Assembly: GCA_964016885.1 (NCBI GenBank)
Contig: OZ024740.1
Span: forward strand, 340,380,001-340,444,000
Length of the DNA stretch: 64,000 bases
Direction of reading: 5' to 3'
Source of the DNA: Eledone cirrhosa
Lineage: Eukaryota
In this document: piece by piece, positions 40,412 to 53,809 of the stretch
Position numbering within the stretch: the stretch's first letter is position 1
Layout of the letters: each line of letters begins with the position of its first letter
Translations under genes and position numbers: made by a program
Notes under the pieces: generated by a model
The model's input: only the letters and a program-made list of their open reading frames with translations
What the model was told of the DNA's origin: nothing
The model's database searches: none

Positions 40412-40554
40412 TCCTTTGTCAGTGTTGAACAAACGAGCAACGATGGTTGCTGGACACTACGGCTTAATACGGGATGTTTGTTTACAAACACACCGAGCAT
40501 TATAATAAATGTTATGTGTGCATGTATGTATATATATATACATACCACTGTACG

Positions 40555-40716
<162 letters not shown>

Positions 40717-41043
40717 TCATCATCATCATCATCATCATTTTACGTCCGCTTTTCCCTGCTTGCAAGGGTGGGACGGGAACTGATTTTGGCTTGATTTCTA
40801 CAGCTGGATGCCCTTCCTAACACCAACCTCATTTACAGTGAGTGCTGGATGCTTTTTTGCCGTGGCACCTCCACGACCACTTTGCAGTAGAATGCTAGGA
40901 ACACCAGTCCCTATCATCTCATTTCTACATTTCTCACTGTAAATGAGGTAGGTGTTAGGAAGAGTATCCTGCTGTAGAAATCAAGCCAGAATCAGTTCCC
41001 GTCCGACCCTTGCAAGCAGGGAAAAGCGGACGTAAAATGATGA
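40717..41043. mobile_element. Palindromic element made of two inverted RTE-type 3' tails
   Basis: Arms ~40732-40842 and ~40933-41043 are near reverse complements; each ends in gcggacgtaaaatgatg facing outward. Confidence 0.8.
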
Positions 41044-41045
41044 AA

Positions 41046-42372
41046 ATATATATATAAAATGAAAATAAAAGTGACGGGTGAAAGAGGGTAATATCCATCG
41101 TTCGTCAGTTGTCTATTAGGAATCATAGGTATTTCTTCGCGTTAGAGACAATATACCTCAGCCTAGGGCAAGCAATAACTTGATACTTTTCCTCTCTTTA
41201 CGTTGCTTCACTTTTCGTATCTGTTTCGTTTTTCTCTCTCTCTCCCCCTTCTTTTTTATCCCAATAACTTATTTTAGTTATTGCTCACTAGACTGATGTA
41301 TATTGTCTCTAACGCGAAGAAATACCTATGATTCCTAGCAGACAACTGACGATGGATATTACCCTCTTTCGCCCGTAACTTTTTATTTTCATTTTACTTA
41401 TATGCAATCACACAGCCTGCCATTTTATTCATATATATTTTCCTTCCGCTGTGACCCGTCTTTTCTCTTCCCTTGTTGCTATCATCTCTCTCTCCCCTTC
41501 TCCCTCTTACTTTCGCTCACCCCCTCTGCTAGCCTGCCACTATAACTATCTCTTTCTCGCTTCCTTTTACTTTCACTCACTCCCTCTCTGCTAGTCACCC
41601 TCTCTCTACTAGCTCACTTCCTCCTTTGTCCGCCACTGTAAGCAGTCTCTTTTCTCACTCACACTGCTACAGTAAAGATGTGTCTGTTCTCTCGTCACAC
41701 TTGCCAGAACTTAAGTTGTTGACTTGATATTTTTCCTCTCTTTACGTGCTTCACTTTTCGTATCATCATCATCATCATCCATCTTCCACGCTTGCATGGG
41801 TTTGGACGGGAATTTTCCCACTTGAGGCAAGATTGGTTGTCTTGCTCGTATAGGACTGTCTGGCGGGTTTTCTACGGCTGGATGCTCTTCCTAACACCAA
41901 CCACGTTTACAGTGTTGACTGGGAGGTTTTTATCGTGTTACCTACAAGGCCACATTACAGCGTGGACTGTGTGTTTTGTTTTTCGTGACACCTACACGAC
42001 CTCGTTTATTTCGGACTGGATGTTGTGGTACCAACATAACTTTACATCGAAAGGGGGTGGTGTGGGTGGGGTGGGGGGGACGGGGTGTATTTTTGTTAGA
42101 GGTGCCTACTGACTGTAGGTTTCGCTTTGTACTTAGGCAAGGCGGGTCTTCTGTATTACTGTATATCTGTTTCGTTTCTCTCTCTCTCTCCCTTCTTTTT
42201 TATCCCAATAACTTATTTTAGTTATTGCTTGCCCTAGGCTGAGGTATATTGTCTCTAACGCAAAGAAATACCTATAATTCCTAGTAGACAACTGACGATA
42301 GATATTACCCTCTTTCGCCCGTAACTTTTATTTTCATTTTACTTAATTGCAGCCACACAGCCCGCCATTTTA
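41046..42372. mobile_element. Inverted + tandem repeat unit (41046-41180 inverted; 41187-41430 and 41730-42372 direct); Penelope-like pLTR relic
   Basis: agttattgc...ctgaggtatattgtctctaacgc.aagaaatacc...gacaactgacgatggatattaccc occurs three times; pyrimidine-rich; ends at (TA)n. Confidence 0.6.
41762..42163 (-). mobile_element. RTE 3' fragment (~400 bp) inserted in the repeat above
   Basis: Complete 3' UTR plus the last codons; interrupts cttttcgtat|ctgtttcg. Confidence 0.93.
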
Positions 42373-42391
42373 TATATATATATATATATAT

Positions 42392-42691
42392 ATAGTTATG
42401 TAATAAACAACATAAGGCAATTATTTCATTTACCAGTGGTTTCTTGAAAGCAAACAAATTTTGCTTTCAATCATCAAAATGAAAAAATCCTGGTGTATTT
42501 ATTGACATTGGATTTTAAAAACCAATGTCAATAAATACACCAGGATTTTTTCATTCTGATGATTTTAAAATCCAATGTCAATAAATACACCAGGATTTTT
42601 TCATTTTGATGATTGAAAGCAAAATTTGTTTGCTTTCAAGAAACCACTGGTAAATGAAATAATTGCCTTATGTTGTTTATTACATAACTAT
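42392..42691. repeat. Near-perfect ~300-bp palindrome with an internal ~43-bp extra inverted copy
   Basis: 42392-42520 is the reverse complement of ~42561-42691. Confidence 0.93.
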
Positions 42692-43802
42692 TAAGCTCTG
42701 TAACCTACATAGAGTACTCTTTTTTCCTGGACTTTTCCGACGGAATTACTTCACATATATATATATATATCATCATCATCATTTTACATGCGCTTTCTAT
42801 TATGTCATGGTTTAAACAGTTTGTCATTGTCCAAAACTAGCCAGGTTGGGGGAAAAACGTATTACTCATACATTCTATTTGGGGCATGATTTCTGTACTG
42901 GGTCTATTCTAATGTGACACATACACACGTGTGTGTGTGTGTGAGAGAGAGAGAGTAAGTTACTGTATGTATTTTCATATCAAGATTGTTAAAAAAAGCA
43001 GGCAGTGACGATTGTTTATGTACCTCATAAACAATACATTCTGCTGCTTAGCAGTCTAATGAACATCAGCAATATATACCATACTTAAAGTAACAAGAAG
43101 GGCATCCAGAGATAGAAACACTGCCATATATCGAGATGCATGAAGCAGCCAAAGTGCTCCAATGATCATTGTCAGTTGCATCTATCAATATATTGTTCCA
43201 ACTTTTATTGATAGGTTTCAGGTTTCTGTCGATTGTCTGCTGCCAGTTCACCTTGGGACATGGTGGAACTCAACTATACCTATTGCCAAAACTGAGGGCT
43301 TGTGTCTATGTTAGAGAGCAATATATAAAATATAAGCAAAGTTTTTGAGAGACAACCATAAGCAAATAAGTATGCAAAACAGTTTGGATTCAACAGAGTT
43401 TATTCCATATATAGTTGTTAATGAATGTTTGAAAGGTTTTGCATCAATTGGAATGTCTATTGGTTTAATAAATTATTCATTGTCTTTTTAGAGCTGTGTT
43501 AAGGGATTTTCTAAATTTAAATTTTGCTCTATCAGTCATATTTTCTCTAATGCTATATGTATCCAGTTTAGAATAGGTACACTGTATCCCTGCATGTTGT
43601 ATAAGATGACAAAAAAGGCTAGGAACAGGAAGAGCATCTGGCTGTTAAAACATTGCCTCAAAAAGGACCCCATGATGAATATGAAACTTGTTGTAGGATC
43701 CAGCTTGAGCATGGAAAATGACCTTAAAATGCTTGTTGTTGTTGGGGTTATCTCTCAACACAAACATGGATAAATAATTTTAAAAAGATTAAGTTTATGT
43801 AA

Positions 43803-43955
43803 AGGCAGTGAATTGGCAGAGTCATTAGAACATCGGATAGAATACTTTGCAGTATTTGTTTCAGCTCTCTGCACTCTGAGTTCAAATCCCGCTGACGTCA
43901 ACTTTGCCTTTCATCCATTCAAGGTTGATAAAAAGTACCTGTCAAGTACTGGGTC
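43803..43955 (+). mobile_element. Family A-related SINE
   Basis: ggcagtgaattggcagagtc...gagttcaaatcccgc...tttgcctttcatcc. Confidence 0.8.
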
Positions 43956-44477
43956 GATTCTTCCTCTATATCTCTTTCTCACTTCCATTCTCTCACTCTC
44001 TATCCTTCTCTAGTGTTCAGACCTGGAGAGGAGATGTGTTCTGCCAGGTTTCAAAAAATACCCCAGAAATGCTGTATGTCAGTATGGCATCCCTATGACT
44101 TCCTCGGGAGTTACGGGAACATGCATGCAAGTTTTTGTGGAGATAGGCCATAGTCTTTAACTTATCCACACTAGGTATGGAAAAAACTGATTATTTGTAT
44201 AGATGATAATTAGTTGATATTTTAAGTTGCTTTGAAAGTTAGAACATTGAAATTGACTTTTTAAACCTTCTAATGAGTCATAACTATTAAAAAACTGATT
44301 GGAGATATATTTATTGATCTGGCATTCGTTGCTAAGTTGTTGAACTACTTGATTTAAATATACAGTCAATTAACTGTTTTTATCACTTAATATCCTGTAC
44401 TACCTATATCTTTGACATAGAAACTCTTACCCTGTTGACCTCTTTGTCATTTCTATGGCCCAACCTTTGGCTCTGTC

Positions 44478-44930
44478 TTCATCACTTAATAAAAGCAACA
44501 CACCATCACAACTGCCTAATTCACAACAGTCCTTACCCACTTAATCACTTAATAAAAGCAACACACATCACAACTGCCCACCCCAGTACAATCTCCCTCT
44601 CCACCACCACTTAATAAAAGCAATATACATCACAACTTCTTATCACAGTACAATCCCTACCCCTTCACCATTTAATAAGTCAACACACATCACAACTGCC
44701 TACCACACCACAATCTCTGCCTCTCCACCACCATCACTTAATAAAGTTATCACATCACAACTGGCTACCCCAGTAGTCTATACCTCTCCCCCACTTAATA
44801 AAGTCAACACACATCACAACTGCTTACACTCTCCACCCCCAACACCACAACTGGCTACTACAATACAATCTCTACTCCACCATCACTACTTAAAGTCTAT
44901 AACACCACAACAATCCCTGCCCCTCTCCTC
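44478..44930. repeat. Degenerate ~55-65-bp minisatellite
   Basis: About 8 units of cacttaataaaagcaacacacatcacaactgcc...caatctcc. Confidence 0.85.
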
Positions 44931-45256
44931 TTGCTACTTCAAATTACCTAACTGTTTGGAATACCATCAGTTATTCATGGCAGCAAATATTATTCACCTC
45001 TAACTTATTTGAGACAAGGTGTTAATACCATCCTTTTGGGCAGGTGCCTCGTTTGCCTTAAAAATGTGAGGGGGACAAACCAACATTTGTTGATTCTTAA
45101 AGGAGCATGTTAGTATTGGTTATGGTGCCTTTCCCAAACCCTATCACATAAGTAAAATTTTATGTATTCAAATGAAGTTCAGATATAAAAAAAATAAGCT
45201 TAAAAAGAATTTATTATATCAAATAAACAAAAAATAAAACATAGACATTTGAAGAA

Positions 45257-45530
45257 GTGGGGGGACTTGTCCCCTGGTACCCCCTTGACAAAGCCCTTAC
45301 TTTTGGGTATGTCCGTCTGTTGCTCTCCAACAGGTTTGCAGTTGAGCCCGTGGCAGTGGAGACTTTTGGTGTCCTTGGCCCTAGGGTCACCTCCCTGCTC
45401 ACCACCGTCAGCACAGAGTTGGCTTACCGCAGGTGTGAGCCTCGCAAGCTGGAATGGCTCTTCTAATGCATCTCCCTGGCCATCCTCCAGGGAAACGCCT
45501 TCCCTATTCTGTCTACTGGGGCCGCTAGCA
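45257..45530 (+). mobile_element. CRE-type (restriction-like endonuclease) non-LTR retrotransposon C-terminal fragment
   Basis: EPVAVETFGVLGP...EPRKLEWLF*CISLAILQGNA..ILST resembles the P.A.ET.G..G / R.S.AI..GNA C-terminus of CRE elements. Confidence 0.7.
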
Positions 45531-47194
45531 CGTGGACCCCCATTTACTCACAATAGTGAGAGATGGAGGCAGTGACAGTGAGGGTTTGGTTCTTTAGTGT
45601 TCGGACCCGGTGTATATAAGAGAGAATGAGTACTCTCTCATTCAATCAAAGACCAGAACCAACAAAATCTCAAGCGGTTCACTTGCAGCTGTTCTGTAGT
45701 TTTACACTATTTATAACACTTAAAGACAGTTACCCACCATCACGGCAAAACCAGCAAAGGCTTCGATCATGTCTAAACATGAGGACCTCCTGACCATTTT
45801 GCCCATTTATTGGTTTTATTCGTCATTCAACTCTTAGGTCGGAGATTTTCCATTAGACTGTGTCGACAGGACTCATAGTTTCCTGTCACTTTTTACCCTC
45901 TTTATACGTCAACATACAGAGGTTCAAATTGAACATCAATCGTATCAATTTCACTTGTCAGTGTGATTCCATAAAGGCCATGGGTTCTGCTGCCCTTCCC
46001 GATTAAAAAGAAAATGCCAAGTAATTTATTTATATTTTATCTAGAAAAATAATTGTAGATTCCAGTAACCATACGATATGCAACTGTCATAACTCTTTGA
46101 AAGCAGAGATAAGGACATTCTTTCTCACAGAAAGAACAGGATAGTAGAGTTATTGGCGGAATTTCGGAACCTTGTTTTCGACAATTTCTTCAGATCTCTA
46201 CATTTTAAATAAGGGTGATTGCGATTCTTCATAAAGGTGACTTCTATATATTATTTTCCTTTTTAATACACATTACTTTAATTGTTTTAGTTGGGGTATT
46301 TTGGTCGAAATTTTTTTTTTAAACACATAAAAATAAACAGTGGGTGAGATGAAAAATTAAACATTTCAAGATTGTTGTTTTTTCCAGAATTGTAATCTGC
46401 GATGTTTAAAACAGATGATTCAGATAAAAATTTTGAAAAGGTCAAACTGAAAAATGTGAGGAATTTTTTTTTTTTTTTGCGTAATCTTATGTTGAAAATG
46501 TATAAATCCGAAAAAATTCTCTTCCCACCCCTCAAAATACAAGGGAAGGTGCTGGTTCCGAAACTCGGCTGAATTATTTATGTAAATTTATTTATAAATA
46601 ACAGCTTATATTTTAATATGAAAATGTAAATATACTACCGAGGCTCACATGTAGGGTATATCTGGAAGATTACTTACACCGTCCGGACTAACATACAGTG
46701 TTAAGTAGGGACGTTTATTTAACGAAGTACCTTGAAAGAAAATAAGGAAAAAAAAAACTGCTAGTTTGTATACGTTTAATATAGCTTTGCCGTTTATAAT
46801 TCTTTCTGCTTCCAAAACACAGACACATGATACAAAATGTATTTCTAATAGAAACTCGTCTTAATTTCATTTCACATTTATGGTTAATGCTAGCGATGCC
46901 ATTCAAACCGATTCATATCACAGACTTTACAAGTCATCAAAGAAGCTAGTATAAACCATTAATGTGTGTGTGTGTGTACATACAAACGCATACTAATGAA
47001 TCAACTTGCACACGAATGTGAGGTCGATTTCCACCGAGTGCACAGTGTAAATTGTGTTGTGTAACATTATATGTCAGTAAGGTAAAAGAGCCAAAATGTG
47101 TAATCGATAGTTCAGTCTTTACGATGTTGGTGGAGATAAGGTCCCGTCTTTGTTGTGTCTTCTACGAATATACAAAACAGCTAAGTACCTGTTT

Positions 47195-47257
47195 ACATAA
47201 TAATGGCTGTTAGCACGAGAAACACCCTTTGGCTGCTACCGAAAGACTGAATTAATG
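47195..47257 (+). other. POMGNT2: Candidate non-coding first exon of POMGNT2
   Basis: Perfect ATG|GTAAGT donor in a CpG-retaining region with a taATGGC (YY1-like) motif. The start is approximate; no transcript evidence. Confidence 0.4.
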
Positions 47258-47744
47258 GTAAGTTTCGCTATTTTAATATGAAACTAGAACGAAAATCCTT
47301 TTATCTATATTGAATGAGTCTTACATCTGTTGATATTATTTGCATTTCTTTTTTTTTTTTTTTTACAATATTGCTTTTCTCAAACTAACATACTTTTCAA
47401 GATATTTGTTTCTCTGTGTCAACATGATATTGGTGTTTAACTCGTATGTAATTAAAATGACAAGCTTGTATAATGTTTGTTCAATCTCATTTCTTGTGTA
47501 TGTGTGTATATATATAAAACGCTTATTTATAATTGTAATTTGATTCTTGTTTCTCTCTGCTACATTTTTTTTGTCACAGTTAATTCTTTCTATTTTCCAA
47601 CCCACGTTTAGCAATCCTCAAGGTACTGAATATTCCTTAAAATAATTGTGACGTTCAATGATGCATTATTTCGTCGGCCCTTTCTATGCGAGTCACTGAT
47701 ATATTGGATTCGTTGTTAATTATATATTTTATGCGTTAAAAACA

Positions 47745-47775
<31 letters not shown>

Positions 47776-50700
47776 ATAACATAATTCTCGAAACATTGTT
47801 TATTTTAGAAAGTTTAATTTATATTATGTATATTTTGCTAATGTCAGTTTGTATTACATTACTGACGTAATTTAAGGTATTGCAGTCTCCTATAGTTACA
47901 GGTGTTAACAAATTGTAGTTGTGGCCTTCTTATCAAACACTAATAACGAAGCTAGTGTAATTGCAACCGGATTTTTTTTCAATTGTTTAGTCACGAGTAG
48001 CGCCCATGAACCTTCACAGGATCTCCACGTTTGGTAGGAAGAAGGTAAGGGTTATTTTAAAACCGGAGACCTGGTGAAAATGCTTGTAATTGAATGGATT
48101 CCGATAAAGGTACCCATCGGACAGGTAGTGATATTGAGTCTAGCGACTGATTAAGAAGTCTCTATGGAATTGGTGTTGTTGTTTAATGCATGCCATCTTT
48201 TGTTTCAGACATTCTGTATCTGGGATATTCTTATCAAATATGTATTTTCCTTTTTAAGGTAGTAGGAAAAGTGATTTTAGTGAGATTTGGCTGCTATTTT
48301 TAGCATGTTGAATGACTATATAAAGGCTTCTGTGCTGGATGCTCCGTTTTGTCAGTGAAAAAACAAACGAACAAACATAACAATTGAACAGTCCATTCAT
48401 AATTTGTCTGCTTACATTTATTGCCGTAAACGACGTAAACTAATTCAGATTGTTCCCGTAATCAACCATTACTTGTTTTACACCTACGAATAGTCCTATG
48501 ACATACAGATAGTCAGCGAGGCGCAACACGCAGACACACTTTCCTCAGATATATAATTACTCACACACACACACACACAGATGGGATGATCACGACTGTA
48601 AGCCTTTTGGCCATAGGTCTGCTTAGTCGGGACCGATATTGAGCTGAATAACATTTTAAAAAAAAATATCTTCAAATTGTATGTATATAACTATGAATGA
48701 TCCAACGGTTTGGAGCGAATTTTGGCTTTCTTTTCAGGTTCGCAAAAGAATTTTAGTAATAATTGTTTCTACTTTTGGCACGGCACAAGGCCAGCAATTA
48801 CCCAGTGTATTAAGAATATTAGTAATAATAATGACGCTATAGCAATAATAAATTTATATAAATGAATACAATATTGTTCATTCATAGCAAGAGGACTTTT
48901 CAGTCAATACTCAACAACCACCTGGTTTATACATATAATTTACTGCAAATGACAATTAGCGGTCGTAGACAAACAAAGCTAAAGATCGGTCAAGCTGAAA
49001 GCTAAATAAATAAAAAAAATAAAAACACCAGCAGAAATGAAAGCTAATAAATTACTGACGGAAGTTATCCAGAAAAAGTATAAACTACTTTGTGTATTCT
49101 TGGATCACCAAAAGTTCCTATGCAAATGTGTGTGTGTGTGCGTATGTATATATATATATTAATTATATCGTTGCATATGGCGCGAAAGTCTGAATAGCAA
49201 TTCAGTGACTCATCAATTGATTCCGAATAAATATTGAATTTATGTCAAGTATTTGACAATAAAATATTTACAAATCGCTTTTATAATCGTCACGGATGAA
49301 CCTGACCAAGAAAACTGATAACTTCCGGTTGATTCTCTACGGATTTCAATAAAGATCATAATATTGATGAATACTATTGGTGTTAGTCAGAGATATAAAA
49401 ATACTTGACTTTTGACCTCTTCCGCTATTAACCAGAAAAGGAAAAGTTGCGTATACATCTTTCTTGTATATCTTATCTTGCGTATACATCCCTTTCTCTC
49501 TAGACCGGACTATGAAGTTAACCGAACAAGATTTTGCACACCGCCCCATTTCAGTGTGTATAAATGTGCATATCTTCGATTCTAACTATTAATTCGGGTG
49601 CACCCCACTACCTTCCACACATCAATGGCAGTTTCTGTTTCTTCTAGCAACAGATGCTGCTATACAGATGATGATATATATCATTCCTCCTTAAGCTTCC
49701 ATATACATGCATCATTCACATTGCAACCAAAACACCACGGGCTAAATATACATTGCTTCCGTAAAGAATGACCTTGAGAACATTCTCCAGTTAGGACATG
49801 ACAACCTAGTCTCTTCTCAAATATCAAAGAAACAATCTTGCATCTTACCCCTTTGTACCCATAATTGAAACCCTGAAAGTTACTAAAATGTTAGGTTTCA
49901 TAATTTATAGAAATTTCTCGTGGTTCCCCCATATATCACCCAAACTATACAACTAAAGCAAGGCTTCACCTTCAGAGCCGGAAAATACTTTAGCCTTGAT
50001 CAGTTTTCTTCCATCTATAAGGCACATTACTATACTGTCCACATCGATGGTGTTGTTGTTGCTATACATATACTCATCTTAGAGCACAACCAATAGAAAA
50101 CCAACTAATTGGCAGAGATTCAATCACCAACAGATTAGTCTCCAGCTTTGCCAATTTAACTAATTTCTAGCTAAATCCAGCTTATTTGAAGATAACATAG
50201 CTAACAGAAATAGTTAAGGAGCCGATAACTATAAATATAGTTCATTTAAAAAATAATGAAGTGCATTCTAGCTAGTTTTTCATTGTTATCATTACCACCA
50301 TTTTATGTCTGCCTTCCATCAGGGCTGAATTTAATAGGCCCTAACAGCTGTAGCAATTTATTTGTGTCTTCAGCTGGGCTTTTTAGTTTTAGGATGGTTA
50401 GGATTTTTTAATTTAATAACTGTATAACGTTTCAATTACTTGCACCAAGCAACTTTGATATGTAAAATTGGTGGGTGATGCTGTATATTCTAATTTTTTT
50501 TTTGTATGAGGGCTCCACTAAAGCTGAAGTGTCCTGGGACCCCCAAGGTTTAAATCCAACCCTGCATGCAGTATTTTTATAATTTTAATTATGACCTTAT
50601 CATACTTCATGTCAAAATGGACAGAATGTTATTGTACTTTAAAAGGATCATACTTCCAATCAAAAACATCAATGAATCAACTGGTTAAATAACTAGTTAT

Positions 50701-52774
50701 CTATTTAATAAAACTGCATGTGCTTTTTACTAGCAGTATGACCCTCCCTAAGTACAATATTTGTTTCAACATACAATTTCACATCAAGACTCTTGTATAA
50801 CAAATATAAAAGCATATTTCATTTTTTTTTTTTTTTACTTCAAAATACAGGACAGTATTTCCATGTTGTGTGAATTTTTTCTTTTACTCTTTTTCTCTTT
50901 TCTCTTCTTCTTTATTGAACACTAGCAGAGGGTATTAAATAGCAGTTATGTATACCATTTATGTCAATACTTCAGTGCTGCTTCGAAAACTATACTTTTA
51001 CAAAATCATCGGCTTTTTCTAAAAGTGGGTTCCTGCCCTCAGCGATCCCCTACTCAATATGTGCTAATTCTGAGAGTTCACATTCATCTGTAGAACAAAC
51101 GTAGCCCATGTGTCAAGTTTTATGAAAATCGGTTGTGAACTCCAGAAGTTATGACGTTTTGTTGCATTGCACTGCAGTGCTTCAGTCGACTCCGGGAGGC
51201 CCCATAATCAATATCTGGAAAAATGAAAGTGCCTATGACCATCTAGAGTATAATATAAGTAACCTATGTCTTAAATTTGGTGAAAATACTGTAGTTCTAG
51301 GGTAAAATTAATAATAAAGAGTTTAATATTTAGTCAAAGAATTATTTACAAATTTGTTGGAAAATGCGGTTTTTGTGGGCCGAATTTGCAAAACAGTAAA
51401 AGAAAAATGTGGGTGATGTAGAACTACATTAATATGCCCTTTATTTAAGACTTCTGCTTTAAAAAGTCTCATCTAACTTATACCAGCATAGAAAAGAAAC
51501 ACAATGTATGTTATTTACTTTAGTTAGCAGTGTTTCATGTTTCTGTACTTTTCTGTTAAAAATGTACTTCACCCAGTCAAAGAATTGATGGAATATTTGG
51601 AGACATCAAAACAATTCATATCTTTCAGCTTGAGCTTTGTAGAAGAGAGATGTAGTTCTCCTAAGAAAAGTTTGGGCAAAATATTTAATTCTTGTATTTT
51701 GTAACAGTATCGTAATAAAATGTATTCATATAGAACAAATTCTCTCTCTAAAGCAATATTTGTTTCATTTAATGACTTATTAAAATTAGGTGGGTGATAG
51801 TTGTCCATAAAATATAGGTATGGGTTCCATGATTTTTGAAAAATTGTATCTGGACAACGAGAAAATAAGTGGATGCCGATGGTGGTGATGCATAACTTAC
51901 TAGTTCAGGAGGAGAACTGGAGCTTGTTTTGGATGTAGGGGGAGGATATTTAGGGATAATTTTCATCAGTGTTAGATCTATGAAACTAATGATGCTAAAG
52001 CTTTGTGGCTTCTAATCCCAGAAGGACCCCAGTAGCAACTTCAGAGGTCATCCAGGTTACAGTGTGATACTTATAACGGTTCAAACTTTGGGGTGCCAAA
52101 AATGTAGCCTCGGCATTGCTGCATTTGTGTAACTGAGTTGAAAGAAGTTGTATCAAAAGTTGATGCTATGGGAGTTGCCTTGGTAACATTTTTACTTATT
52201 TTTCTTATTAGCTCTTTTATAAGGCACACACAGTGTAATCTACAGATGTACAGGAGGTGTAGTCAGATTACAGGTAGGCTGACAGAAAATAATTGTATGC
52301 ACCAGATATACAGTGGAAGTAATCACTAGGAGCATGCATGAAATAGATTCCTTCAATTGCTCAGACTCACTAGAGGTTGTTCACAGATTTTGTTGCCTGG
52401 GTGACCAAGTTGACAATGAGGGTGGTGGTACTGAAAGTGTGGAAGCCAAAGTGAGAATAGGCTGGAGCTGATTTAGGGAGGGCTGGAGAAAGATAAGTAG
52501 GATGAGTATGCTCTTCTGTTGGATCAATGACTGACAGCTTCCTTAGTGTTGGTGCCACAGAAAATATATCAATACACCCAGTAAAGTGGTTGATGATATG
52601 AAGGGCATCTAGCTGTAGAAAACTCGCTAAACAAAGCGTAGAGAGGACTCTTCAGTTGTATCAAAGACATGACAATCGCCCTAGTACTGGTGCTAAGATA
52701 AAATGCATAGTATAAATATGTAAAGTGGAGGAACATCTATAAGAAGCGGACTCTGGCCCATTGAGACACCATAT

Positions 52775-53212
52775 ATACTTGTATGTAAGCTGAGGAATGT
52801 GACCAAAAATTTGATGGTAAAATGGAGTTGACTTATATTCAAGGTCAATATTTTGCCATGTTTACATAAATGAGGTGATAAAATATTTTCGCTTTGGAGG
52901 TGAATATTACACTGGTTCCATTTTTTTTTTATGTGAAATTTGTATTTCCTATTGTTTTTGATGTTTTGAATGAATATGGGTTACAAAACGGTCAGCAATT
53001 GGTAAAAATATCATTACATAAAGGAGTTGTGAAACAAAAGCTAAACTCTAAACAACACTTAGAACATTTTAAATATCAAAATATTAAAACTTCATAAATA
53101 AGAATTTCAAAACCATACCATCTAAACACGTGTTGATTACCTGCTTCGGCTTATAAATGGGATTTGGATTTTTGCCTATTTCTCAGACAAATAAAAGGGG
53201 GTAACTTATATT
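52775..53212. mobile_element. pogo/Tigger-like MITE (homologous to 20190-20665)
   Basis: Shared internal and subterminal sequence. Confidence 0.6.
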
Positions 53213-53809
53213 CATGTATTATATAATAATTGGCTCAGATTAACTATTGACTTGGTCTCTGAAAACCTGTCCGACTCTTGCTTGCTGAAAAAATGGATGC
53301 TAAATTATGATTTCTACTAGAAAACATCGCCTATGATTTTCAAATGATTTTCAGAGTGATTTAGTAATATAACTAACTTTCATATCATGAAGCTAGTAGT
53401 TGGAACATATCAAAGGTTCTTAGATAAATTATGATGGAATATCTTTAAATATATATATTTAAACAGTTTTGTATCATAAAACCATGTGCAGTTTCAGGTA
53501 GGTTGGTATCAAAGGGGGTTAAAATAACGAATTTTCTTTTTTTATGCTTTTAGCCATTTTTGTTTTACCTTATTTCTCCAATATTTTTGACATGTTTTAT
53601 CTCTTAAAAAATTAAGAAATACAAAAGAATAATATAAACTAGTGCCATTTATTCAATTTCAATTTTTTTTTTTTTTTTTTTTTGAATTTTGCAGGAAGAA
53701 AACGTTCTGTTGCCGACCAAAGAAACATTCTACTTTAAATCTTACTTGGATATTTTGTGAAATGAGATAAAATAGTTTAGCAGTTTTATTGTCAATATTT
53801 TCTGTGAAA

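Noticed and set aside
53789-53809. TTG start of the 605-aa ORF
   Set aside because: Eukaryotic gene; the first ATG at 53810 is used.
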